A stretch of 62,574 nt of DNA, filler included. It is 3 parts of 3 records of this genome, joined end to end, with 100 filler letters (N's around TTAATTAATTAA, not from the genome) between each part and the next. Parts side by side here need not be neighbours in the genome. Positions count along the whole stretch, not along the records: positions 23,074 to 52,617 come from SRR20825010_83; positions 52,718 to 62,574 come from SRR20825010_92; 1 more part is not named here. One strand, given 5' to 3'. This document shows, one piece after another, positions 44,873 to 53,394 of the stretch. The notes under the pieces were generated by a model. The model had not been told where the DNA came from and searched no databases. It saw only the letters and a list, made by a program, of their open reading frames with translations. Numbering within the stretch: position 1 is the first letter of the stretch; each line of letters starts with the position of its first letter. Made by a program: the position numbers and the translations under genes.

Positions 44873-45949
44873 TCAACCCGATGTGACCACGGCGAGAAGG
44901 GAGGGGATTTCATGCACCGAGGCACCGTGCGGATGCAGGGCGGCCCGCAGCGCCTCGATGGGATTACTCAGATCGAACACACCACTGACCCGCTTGTTAG
45001 CCACCCCGCCGGGGGCGAGGAAAATGCGCCCCGGATAATAAGGCTCAATCCGCTCCACGAGATCGCGAATACTTTCCTTGTCGGCAATCAGAAGCCCGCG
45101 GCGCCAGGGGGCGATATGCGAAACGGGAACCTTTGTCCGCATTGCCTCGCCTGTTCCGCGCTCAAGATACAGCCGGTCTCCCCGGGTGAGCGTTGCAACC
45201 GGGTCTTTTCTGCCTGATGCGCCGGAAGCAACCTTAACCCGCCCGCCTTCCACTTCGATGGTGACGATCCGGTCGGCGAGGCGCGTTCCGAATTCCGTGC
45301 CCGTGACGGTCACCACCGTATCGCCCGCCACGACCCTGAAGGGCCGCTTCGGATCGGACCGGACGTCAAAATATGCCTCGCCTGCCAGTATGGTGACCTG
45401 CCGCACCTGTTCGGTGAGGGAGGTTTTCAGGGCGCTGCCGGCATTGAGGGTGACCTGGCTGCCGTCGGAAAGATCGAAGCGCGTGACCTCGGCGACGCCG
45501 CTGGAAAGGTCGGCATCGGCATATTCCGGAGGAGCGGCGACAGTGAAGACAAGCAGGGCGATGCAGGCGGCGAGCGCACCGGTTAGAACGGCGCGTCTGA
45601 CCGGATGCTTCCGGCGTGGTCTGAGAGTGGTGACCGTGGCTGGCGGAGTGGAGGCTTCGGCCGTTGTGATATCGCTGTCCCAGACCCCGGAGAAAGCAGG
45701 CGTCACCGCACCGCTGAGATGCCAAACCCTCTCGGCGCGCCGGAATGCGGCGGCGTGCAACTTGGACGCTGTCAGCCAGCGCGTGAAAGCCTTATGCAAA
45801 TCGGCGTCATCGGGTGACGCACGCAGCTGAAGCAGCCAGTCCGTGGCAGCATCAAGCTGGTCGCCATCATGCCCGGAAGAAATCTCTTCCGGATCCCGTT
45901 TTCCCGCGCCTCTCTGGGCGCGGCGGGGCGCGTCTTTGTCCTGTTGCAT
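44873..45949 (-). CDS. fecR: FecR-family anti-sigma factor
   Basis: AATDWLLQL..FTRWL..H, LSDGSQVTLN, GEAYFDV, PWRRG, VSGVF. Confidence 0.92.
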   Translation of the reverse strand: MQQDKDAPRRAQRGAGKRDPEEISSGHDGDQLDAATDWLLQLRASPDDADLHKAFTRWLTASKLHAAAFRRAERVWHLSGAVTPAFSGVWDSDITTAEASTPPATVTTLRPRRKHPVRRAVLTGALAACIALLVFTVAAPPEYADADLSSGVAEVTRFDLSDGSQVTLNAGSALKTSLTEQVRQVTILAGEAYFDVRSDPKRPFRVVAGDTVVTVTGTEFGTRLADRIVTIEVEGGRVKVASGASGRKDPVATLTRGDRLYLERGTGEAMRTKVPVSHIAPWRRGLLIADKESIRDLVERIEPYYPGRIFLAPGGVANKRVSGVFDLSNPIEALRAALHPHGASVHEIPSLLAVVTSG

Positions 45950-45964
45950 CGGCTCTCCTCAATA

Positions 45965-46549
45965 CTAGACGCGTGAACCGCGCTTTTTTTCAGGGGCATT
46001 TTCGGGCACGGATGTGTCGTGCTCGTTATGCTCCAGTTTTTCCAGATGCAGGGCGCATTTCAGCAGCGCCTGTTTGATCATTTGATGCACCCGGGTGACC
46101 GAGATTTCGAGATGGTCGGCAACTTCCTGCATGGTTTTCCCGCCCAGCCGATGCATCTCGAACGCCATCCGGGTGCGCTCGGGCAGACTGTCGATCACGG
46201 ACTGAACCGCCGCAAGCTCCTGCCGCCACATGGCATCCATCTCCGGCGATGCATCCTGGGACGGATAGGTGGCGAGGATTTCGCTGCTGACCGTGCTGGT
46301 CAGCGTGCGTGCGGGACGGCGGCGCCAGTCAAAGGCGAGGTTGCGGACAATGCGGTAGAGATAGCCGACAGGCTCCGAGACCTGCTCCGCCGTACTGTCG
46401 GTGCCACCCGTATGGGCCCAGTATTTCAGATAAGCTTCCTGAACCACGTCTTCCGCAGTCGCGCTGTTGCCGACGATGCGGCGCGCATAGCTGATCAGCT
46501 CGCTGCGATGCGTGAGGATCAGGTCCATTGCCTTCGGGGTCGCGGGCAT
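45965..46549 (-). CDS. fecI: FecI-like ECF sigma factor
   Basis: AEDVVQEAY, YLYRIVRNLAFD, LPERTRMAFEMHR, EVADHLEIS. Confidence 0.9.
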   Translation of the reverse strand: MPATPKAMDLILTHRSELISYARRIVGNSATAEDVVQEAYLKYWAHTGGTDSTAEQVSEPVGYLYRIVRNLAFDWRRRPARTLTSTVSSEILATYPSQDASPEMDAMWRQELAAVQSVIDSLPERTRMAFEMHRLGGKTMQEVADHLEISVTRVHQMIKQALLKCALHLEKLEHNEHDTSVPENAPEKKRGSRV

Positions 46550-46634
46550 GGGTGCTCATCGAGCTCCGGAAAGTAATGCCATCGTCCGCACGGTGTGATC
46601 GGCGCTTCAGGCGGGAACGACCCAAGCTGTATAT

Positions 46635-46653
46635 GAGAATGATAATCATTTCC
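46635..46653. promoter_or_regulatory. Fur box
   Basis: GAGAATGATAATCATTTCC, 16/19 match to GATAATGATAATCATTATC, upstream of fecI. Confidence 0.85.
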
Positions 46654-46728
46654 ATATTGTTGTTTGCCGGATGCATTGGGCGGTATTGGGATCTGCCGCT
46701 CAGTCGGATCGCGCTTGAGGCGGATTCC

Positions 46729-47178
46729 CTACCAGGAATTATAGCCGAGATATTTCCCTGACATCTCGATCTTCACCCGGTCGCCCTTCGGATTCTCGAC
46801 GCGGGTGACCGACATGTCGAAATCGATGGCGGACATGATGCCGTCGCCGAATTTCTCGTGGATCAGCGCCTTGATGGTCGGGCCATAGACGCCGACGATC
46901 TCATACAGGCGGTAGATGCAGGGATCGGTCGGGATCGCCTGTTCCCAGATCTTGGTCGGGCTTTCCTCGAGCAGGAGGCTGGCTTCCTGCGGCAGGCTGA
47001 GGGTGCGGACAAGGGCTTCGGCCTTTTCTTTCGGCATCGCGTTCATGCCCATGCAGGCTGAATGGGTCCAGACCGGGCTCATGCCGATCTTTTCGGCAAT
47101 CTCTTCCCAGGTCATACCGGTCTGCCGCTTGGCGGACAGGATCAGGGCGGTGATGTCTTCCTTGCTCTGCAGAATCAT
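46729..47178 (-). CDS. cynS: Cyanate hydratase (cyanase)
   Basis: IPTDPCIYRLYE, FGDGIMSAIDF, GDRV..GKYL. Confidence 0.96.
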   Translation of the reverse strand: MILQSKEDITALILSAKRQTGMTWEEIAEKIGMSPVWTHSACMGMNAMPKEKAEALVRTLSLPQEASLLLEESPTKIWEQAIPTDPCIYRLYEIVGVYGPTIKALIHEKFGDGIMSAIDFDMSVTRVENPKGDRVKIEMSGKYLGYNSW

Positions 47179-47204
47179 CGTTCTTCCTCTTCATTGTTCG
47201 GGTT

Positions 47205-48944
47205 TCAGAGTGCTCCGGCGTTTTGGACGAGGAGCAGGACAACGAGAACGGCCAGGATCAGCGAGACGATTTTCCAGAACCGGACCGGATCGCGCTCGGC
47301 GAACGGGCGCCGTTTCCGGGCACGCCAGCCGGTGCCCGGCTGTCGCAGTTCCAGGTCGAACTCTGAAAGGGCCTGCTGGCGCTGTTCCGGATGCGGATGC
47401 ACGGCGCGGCGCAGGGCGTCGTCCATCCAGTCCGGCACATTGTTTTTCTCGTCACAGGCGCTGCGATAGGCGAGACGGCCGAGATCGCGGCGGCTGCGCA
47501 CCCTGGAGACGGCGGTACCGTAGGGCAGGCGGCCGGTCAGCATTTCGTAGGTGATGACACCAAGAGAGAACAGGTCCGCACTCCATGTCACCGGATCGCC
47601 GTTGAAATACTCGGGCGCGGCATATTGCAGGGTCCCGAGAATGTCGTGCTGTTCCGGCTCGGCTTCGTCGACACCGGCAATGTAGGTCGACCCGAGATCA
47701 ATGATTTTCACCGTCCCGTCTCCGTCGATCATGATGTTCTCGGGGCGGAGATCCTGATGCAGCATTTCCTGGCGGTGGAAGGCGCGCAGGCCTTGGGTGA
47801 TTTGCCGGACGATATCCCGAACGAGGTCGAGCTCCGGGTTCGGATTGTCGGCCATCCATTGCCTTAGGGTACGACCCTCGACGAACTCGGAGACCGTATA
47901 GAGCGCACTCTTCGCTTCCGGCGCGGGGACGGCGGCCAGGATATGCGGGTTGGTGAGCCGCCGGGCGACCCATTCCTCCATCAAGAAGCGGCGCAGATAG
48001 GCCGGATCCTCGCGCATGTCCATGGACGGGATTTTCAGGGCAACGCGGGAGCCGTCCGGAGCTGCGGCGAGGAAGATGTGGCTGCGATGGCTCGCGTGAA
48101 TGGAGCGCAGGATCTTGTAGCCGTCGATCTCGGCGCCGGTTTCAGGCAGGGGCGGCGGGATCAGGTGTCCGCCTTCAACGGATGGAACGTCCAGCGCGTT
48201 TTCGGGCAGTCCGTCGATACGCACGATCTGGATCGTCAGATTGTCCGGGCTATCAAGGGCGGTGGCTTCTTCCGCGATGGCTTGGGCGGCGGCATCGAGA
48301 TCCGGCGCGGTGCGCAGGGCGGCGGCGATGGCGCGGGCCGGAACGTGGTCGTGAATACCGTCGGTGGTCAGCAGGAAGATGTCGCCGATCTCGAGATCGA
48401 CCGTGTGGTAGTCGATTTCGAGATCGGCGGCGGCGCCCATGGCCCGGCTGAGGCAGAACTCCCCCGCGGACAGCGCGACATGATGCGCGCGGGTCAGCGG
48501 CTCCAGACTCTCTCCGCTGAGGCGGCTGATCCGGCTGTCGCCGACATGAAACAGATGTGCCGTCCGATGCTTCAGGATCATGGCGGAGAGTGTGCAGACC
48601 CAGCCAAGATCGATGCTCTCGAGATGGGCCCGCCGGCTCTGGGCATGCAGCCAGGAATTGGTCGCGGTCATCACGCGGCTGGCGGCTGTTTTGGCCGTCC
48701 AGCTATCGGTGGTGCAGTAATAGTCGGTCAGCAGGGCCTTGACGCAGGTTTCGGCAGCTTCCCGGCTGACCGGGCTGGTGCTGATGCCGTCGGCGACCGC
48801 CAGAACGATGCCTTTCAGGCGCAGGCTCCTGCCTTCGGGCAGCATGGCGCCATGGAAATCCTAGTTTACGCGTTTGCGGCCTGCGGCCGAATAACTTCCG
48901 ACGCTGACCGTGAGGCCCGGTGCCGGGCTCATGTCGTTGGGCAT
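47205..48944 (-). pseudogene. Bifunctional PP2C phosphatase / Ser-Thr kinase with an in-frame TAG near the N-terminus
   Basis: MPND...GRKRVN*DFHGAMLPEG (TAG at 48861-48863). Downstream frame intact: VADG, HVGDSR, TTDG, DN; VALK, HQDLRPEN, IIDLG, APE; C-terminal TM. Confidence 0.8.
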
Positions 48945-48965
48945 TATGCGTTTCCGGTTGTCGAA

Positions 48966-48989
48966 GAGCCCGGCCATCGGGCCGGGCTC
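48966..48989. terminator. Intercistronic GC-rich hairpin
   Basis: GAGCCCGGCC-ATCG-GGCCGGGCTC just after the FNT stop; weak U-tract. Confidence 0.45.
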
Positions 48990-49005
48990 CCGCGCGATTG
49001 TGTGA

Positions 49006-49854
49006 TTACTCAGCCGGAACGCGGACAGATTTGGCCGGGGTGGCCGCCGGGCCCCGCTTCGGTGAGGTCTTGTAGTGGGTGGCGTAGATCGTGGCGCCGA
49101 CGAAGGTCAGGCCGCCGACCAGATTGCCGATCACTGTCGGGATCTCGTTCCAGAACAGGTAATCCATCACGGTGAAGTCACCACCAAGCAGCAGCCCGGA
49201 CGGGAACAGGAACATGTTCACGATGGAATGCTCGAAACCGAGATAGAAGAAGATCAGGATCGGCATCCACATGGCGATGACCTTGCCGGAGACGGAAGTC
49301 GACAGCATTGCCGCGACCACACCGGTCGAGACCATCCAGTTGCACATGACGGCCCGGACGAAGAGCGTCAGCATGCCGGCGAAGCCGTGCTCGGCATAAC
49401 CGACGGTCCGGGATTCACCGATCACGCCGATCTTCTGGCCGACCGCATTTGGCGCTTCGGAAAATCCGGTGGTGAAGATGATGGCCATGAACACGGCGAC
49501 AGTGAAGGCGCCGGCGAAATTACCGACGAAGACCAGGCCCCAGTTCCGGAGCACGCCGTTCACGGTCACGCCGGGCCGTTTGTCGAGCAGGGCGAGCGGG
49601 CAGAGCGTGAACACGCCCGTCAGCAGATCGAAGCCGAGCAGGTAGAGGGTGCAGAAGCCAACCGGGAAGAGCAGGGCGCCGATCAGAAACTGGCCGGTAT
49701 TCACGGCGACGGTGACGGCGAAAGCCGCCGCGAGCGCGAGGATGGCGCCCGCCATGTAAGCGCGGATCAGGGTATCCTTCGTGGACATGAAGACTTTCGA
49801 CTCACCTGCGTCGATCATCTTTGCCGCGAACTCAGAAGGATTTATGTAAGCCAT
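49006..49854 (-). CDS. Formate/nitrite transporter (FNT) family channel
   Basis: LFPVG, DLLTG, GNFAG, CNWMV, FEHSIVNM, GNLVGG. Confidence 0.93.
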   Translation of the reverse strand: MAYINPSEFAAKMIDAGESKVFMSTKDTLIRAYMAGAILALAAAFAVTVAVNTGQFLIGALLFPVGFCTLYLLGFDLLTGVFTLCPLALLDKRPGVTVNGVLRNWGLVFVGNFAGAFTVAVFMAIIFTTGFSEAPNAVGQKIGVIGESRTVGYAEHGFAGMLTLFVRAVMCNWMVSTGVVAAMLSTSVSGKVIAMWMPILIFFYLGFEHSIVNMFLFPSGLLLGGDFTVMDYLFWNEIPTVIGNLVGGLTFVGATIYATHYKTSPKRGPAATPAKSVRVPAE

Positions 49855-50056
49855 TTCTGGGTCCTTTCATCGGGAAGAAAGCCAGAGGCCGAGCGGTGTA
49901 CTTGAGCGATGAAGGAAGATTGGTCCGGCATCTTGTCTCCGCTCTGACCTGGAAGACGCCGGAACTCCGGCGTCGCACGGTATTCGGTCTGGGAATGCGG
50001 AGATGAATGGACGCCGCACACCCACGCCTCGCCCGGAAATCGGGAGAGTCGAAGTT

Positions 50057-50118
50057 GCAGCATCATTGCTGCTGGCCCCTTTGGAGGCCGCTTGACAGAG
50101 ATACCGCGTCGTTGCGGC
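50057..50118 (-). promoter_or_regulatory. ANTAR dual-hairpin RNA motif in the FNT-kinase-cynS leader
   Basis: GCCGC-AACGAC-GCGGT and GCAGC-AATGAT-GCTGC, hexaloops with A1/G4. Confidence 0.75.
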
Positions 50119-50329
50119 GGAGACTTGATCGTCGCTCTAGTGACGACCAGTCATGCGTGTAGGTTAACGAAAAGATTTTTCGTTTTGCAAGTGCGAAATA
50201 TTTGACCGGCCGGAAAGTTCTCTTTCGGCGGGATGATTGATTGCGGTCTCTTGCCTGGAAAACTGCGGTTGTCGGCACGGTTCGTCTTGCGCTTGGGCGC
50301 GAGGAGGAAGATTTTTCGGGTTGCCCTGA

Positions 50330-50345
50330 TGGCGTGTTTTTTGCA
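50330..50345 (+). promoter_or_regulatory. Sigma54 (-24/-12) promoter of nasTS
   Basis: TGGCGTGTTTTTTGCA (GG-N10-GC). Confidence 0.75.
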
Positions 50346-50400
50346 TTGCGGTATGGAGACTCACCATGAAAGTTCACCGCTGCTGGGTATCTGTCCTTCC

Positions 50401-50976
50401 ATGAAGATCGTTGTCGTTGATCTGCAGAACGAGCGTGCCGGCCTGATAAAGGAGGCGCTTGCAGAGGCCGGATTTCCGGATGTTGTGGTCGTCGCCGAGA
50501 CGGACCGGTTGCTGGAGCGGCTGGGCGAGCTCGATCCCGATGCGGTGCTGATCGATCTCGAGGCGCCGAGCCGGGACATGCTGGAGCAGATGTTCGCGGT
50601 CTCGCGTCAGATCAAGCGTCCCGTTGCCATGTTCGTTGACGATAGCGGCGAGAGTTCGATTGCCGCCGCGGTGGAGGCCGGGGTCGGGGCCTATGTCGTG
50701 AACGGTCTCGCCAAGGCGCGGATCAAGCCGGTCATGGATCTGGCGATCAGCCGCTACAACGCCTTTACCCGTCTGCAAACCGAGCTCGATACGGCCAAGG
50801 CCGCGCTTGCCGAGCGCAAGCTGATCGACCGGGCAAAGGGCATCCTGATGAAGATGCGGGGGATCGAGGAGGAGGAGGCCTACAAGCTCCTGCGCAACAC
50901 GGCAATGAACCAGAACAAGCGGATCGTCGATATCGCCGAAGGCATCGTCACCACTGCGGGACTGTTCCACCAATGA
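50401..50976 (+). CDS. nasT: ANTAR-domain antiterminator NasT
   Basis: REC-like N-terminus, PSRDMLE, ANTAR ERKLIDRAKGILM..EEEAYKLLR..AM; start placed downstream of the sigma54 site. Confidence 0.92.
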   Translation: MKIVVVDLQNERAGLIKEALAEAGFPDVVVVAETDRLLERLGELDPDAVLIDLEAPSRDMLEQMFAVSRQIKRPVAMFVDDSGESSIAAAVEAGVGAYVVNGLAKARIKPVMDLAISRYNAFTRLQTELDTAKAALAERKLIDRAKGILMKMRGIEEEEAYKLLRNTAMNQNKRIVDIAEGIVTTAGLFHQ

Positions 50977-52142
50977 CCGAGATCCGGATTGGTTTTATCC
51001 CGTTGGTCGACGTAGCGCCACTGGTCGCCCTGAAGGAAATCGGCTTCGCCCGCGAGGAAGGCATTGAGGTCTCGCTTCACCGCGAGATTTCCTGGTCCAA
51101 CATCCGCGACAAGCTTGCGGTTGGGCTCTATGACGGCTCCCATCTGCTGGCGCCGATGGCGCTGGCGACGAACCTCGGTTTGGCGGGGCCGCCCGCCGAT
51201 CTGATCGTGCCCTATGTGCTTAATCTCAATGGCGACGTTCTGTGCGCGACCTCCGCGTTTCTGGAGTCTGTCGGGCTTCCGCCGGATGCCGGCGCGACGG
51301 AAATCGCGGAACGTATCCGGTCGGGTGCGCTTGGCCGGAAGGTGACTTTCGGGGTTCCGTTCTTCTTCTCCTCCCATCATTTTTTGCTGCGCTACTGGCT
51401 CGCTTCCGAGGGGGTCGATCCGGTGAAGGATGTCCGGATCGAGGTTATTCCGCCGCCGCTGATGCCGGACGCGATCGGGAACGGCGTTATCGACGGCATG
51501 ATGGTCGGTGAGCCCTGGGGGTCGGTCGCGGTGGACCGTGGGGCGGCCTCCATTTTCCTGTCGGCGACGGAGATCTGGGCCGGGACGCCGGAAAAGGTTT
51601 TCGGCATGCGCCGGAGCTGGGCGGAGTCCCATTCCGGTGCCGTGCAGGGGCTGCTGCGGGCGCTCTACCGGGCTTCGACGTGGGTGCAGGACCCGAGCAA
51701 CCGGGTGACCCTTTCTGAGCTGTTGGCCAAGGAAGCCTATCTCGATCTTTCGGCGGAAGTGATTGAGCGGGCGCTGTCCGGAGAGCTGACCAGGACTCCG
51801 CAGGGACTGCAGGGGAAAATAGACCGTTTCATGGTGTTCCAGGACGGGGCTTCGAGCTTCCCCTGGCTGTCGCAAGCGCTCTGGTTGATGAGCCAGATGG
51901 AGCGTTGGGGATTCGTCGAGGCGACCCCGGAGCAGCGCCGGATCGTGCGCAACACGATGGCGCCTAACCTCTATCGCGAGGCTCTGACGCCGCTCGGCAT
52001 TGCCATTCCCACGGCCAATTCGAAAGTTGAAGGAGCCCTCCGGGAGTCGATGCCCGCAGCCTCCGCGCGCGGCCGTCTGTTCCTTGGTCCTGATGCTTTC
52101 TGCGACGGTGCGGTTTTTGATCCTGCGCAGGGTGATGTGTAG
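50973..52142 (+). CDS. nasS: Nitrate/nitrite sensor NasS (cytoplasmic NrtA-like)
   Basis: GFIPLVDVAPL, SWSNIRD, HLLAP, LRYWL, VGEPW, PEKV; no signal peptide; coupled to nasT. Confidence 0.88.
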   Translation: MTEIRIGFIPLVDVAPLVALKEIGFAREEGIEVSLHREISWSNIRDKLAVGLYDGSHLLAPMALATNLGLAGPPADLIVPYVLNLNGDVLCATSAFLESVGLPPDAGATEIAERIRSGALGRKVTFGVPFFFSSHHFLLRYWLASEGVDPVKDVRIEVIPPPLMPDAIGNGVIDGMMVGEPWGSVAVDRGAASIFLSATEIWAGTPEKVFGMRRSWAESHSGAVQGLLRALYRASTWVQDPSNRVTLSELLAKEAYLDLSAEVIERALSGELTRTPQGLQGKIDRFMVFQDGASSFPWLSQALWLMSQMERWGFVEATPEQRRIVRNTMAPNLYREALTPLGIAIPTANSKVEGALRESMPAASARGRLFLGPDAFCDGAVFDPAQGDV

Positions 52143-52159
52143 GGCTCAATTCGAGCAAT

Positions 52160-52204
52160 TGCCTAAAAAATAACCAAATAAGCGAGTTGACCATTTTTTA
52201 GCCT
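52160..52204. promoter_or_regulatory. Possible tandem NtrC-type sites
   Basis: TGCCTAAAAAATAACCA and TGACCATTTTTTAGCCT, degenerate 17-mers upstream of the nrtA leader. Confidence 0.3.
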
Positions 52205-52259
52205 TTTTGCTCTTGCGTAACTCTGAAATTGGTTTACGCTGCACTGCGAGATACGGACA

Positions 52260-52371
52260 GGTCCAAAGGCGGGCCGTCTGCACATAACACCCCGATGACG
52301 GGGAAAGCCGGGCAAAGCCGCTCGATCCTGAGTACCGCATTTAGCGGACTTTTGGGTCGGCGGCTTTTTTT
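52260..52371 (+). promoter_or_regulatory. ANTAR antitermination leader with intrinsic terminator
   Basis: GGTCC-AAAGGC-GGGCC, CCCC-GATGAC-GGGG, GGGC-AAAGCC-GCTC; the last overlaps terminator AAAGCCGC...GCGGCTTTTTTT. Confidence 0.8.
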
Positions 52372-52440
52372 ATGCCCTCGGACAATTTCCGGCCAGCGGA
52401 TGCGTATCGCCTCCTGCAAGGCCGACGTCGGAGAGACAAG

Positions 52441-52617
52441 ATGCAACTCGTTCGTGGATTGAGACTGCTATCGGCCGCGCTGGTCTGCGCCGCCGCCCTG
52501 GCCGGACCGGCCAGTGCCGAAATGCTCGACGTTGAAAAAGACGAGCTGAAGTTCGGCTTCATCAAGCTGACGGATATGGCCCCGCTCGCGATCGCCTACG
52601 AGAAGGGCTATTTCGAG
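52441..52617 (+). CDS. nrtA: Nitrate ABC transporter substrate-binding protein NrtA/NasF (3'-truncated by contig end)
   Basis: Signal peptide then [28 protein letters not shown]. Confidence 0.82.
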
Positions 52618-52717
52618 NNNNNNNNNNNNNNNNNNNNNNNNNNNNNNNNNNNNNNNNNNNNTTAATTAATTAANNNNNNNNNNNNNNNNNNNNNNNNNNN
52701 NNNNNNNNNNNNNNNNN
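52618..52717. other. Artificial contig linker
   Basis: N44-TTAATTAATTAA-N44. Confidence 0.98.
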
Positions 52718-52718
52718 T

Positions 52719-53213
52719 ATGGAAATGAACACCCGTATTCAAGTAGAACATCCAATTACCGAACAAGTAATTGATTATGATCTTATTCGCGAACAAATTT
52801 TGGTGGCTGCTGGAATTCCAATTTCTGGAAAAAATTACACCCCACAGTTGCACTCTATTGAATGTAGAATAAACGCCGAAGATCCTTACAATGATTTTCG
52901 CCCTTCCCCTGGAAAAATAACCGTATTGCATGCGCCAGGAGGTCACGGAATTCGTTTAGACACCCACGTTTACGCGGGTTACACAATTCCGCCAAACTAC
53001 GATTCTATGATTGCGAAGCTTATTACGACTGCTCAAACGCGTGAGGAAGCAATAAACAAAATGAAGCGTGCTTTGGATGAATTTGTCATTGAAGGTATAA
53101 AAACAACCATTCCATTTCATAGACAGTTGATGGATGAGCCGGATTATGTGGCTGGAAACTACACAACGGCATTTATGAATACATTTCATATGAATGAACC
53201 GGAAGAGGAATAA
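52719..53213 (+). CDS. accC: Acetyl-CoA carboxylase biotin carboxylase subunit (5'-partial)
   Basis: [29 protein letters not shown]. Confidence 0.95.
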   Translation: MEMNTRIQVEHPITEQVIDYDLIREQILVAAGIPISGKNYTPQLHSIECRINAEDPYNDFRPSPGKITVLHAPGGHGIRLDTHVYAGYTIPPNYDSMIAKLITTAQTREEAINKMKRALDEFVIEGIKTTIPFHRQLMDEPDYVAGNYTTAFMNTFHMNEPEEE

Positions 53214-53291
53214 ATAAAAAAGTGGCAGTATCCTGTTTTTTATGAATGAAAACAGCTGTTTTTTAAAACTGACACTGAATACAATTTAACG

Positions 53292-53337
53292 AGCATCAAA
53301 TTTCAAAATATTTTATTGGAATTTGATGCTTTTTTTT
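53292..53337 (+). terminator. Intrinsic terminator after accC
   Basis: AGCATCAAATT...AATTTGATGCT followed by a T-run. Confidence 0.8.
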
Positions 53338-53369
53338 ATTCCAAAAATTTATGAAGCTGTTTTCCTAAC

Positions 53370-53377
53370 TATATTTG
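53370..53377 (+). promoter_or_regulatory. Bacteroidota housekeeping promoter -7 box
   Basis: TATATTTG matches TAnnTTTG, 17 nt before the ATG. Confidence 0.55.
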
Positions 53378-53394
53378 TTTTTAAATAAAGGGAA

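Noticed and set aside
48861-48863. Pyrrolysine or genetic-code reassignment explanation for the TAG
   Set aside because: No pyl genes are visible, TAG is used as a normal stop in this contig (e.g. cynS, the receptor, nasS), and the position is normally Gln
37390-49905. Long alternative-frame and antisense ORFs (37390..38547, 40436..41677, 43623..44861, 47943..49175, 49075..49905)
   Set aside because: Shadow ORFs over well-supported genes in high-GC DNA; no recognisable motifs
52372-52946. ORFs running across the second linker
   Set aside because: Artefacts of translating N runs; the real genes are truncated nrtA and accC
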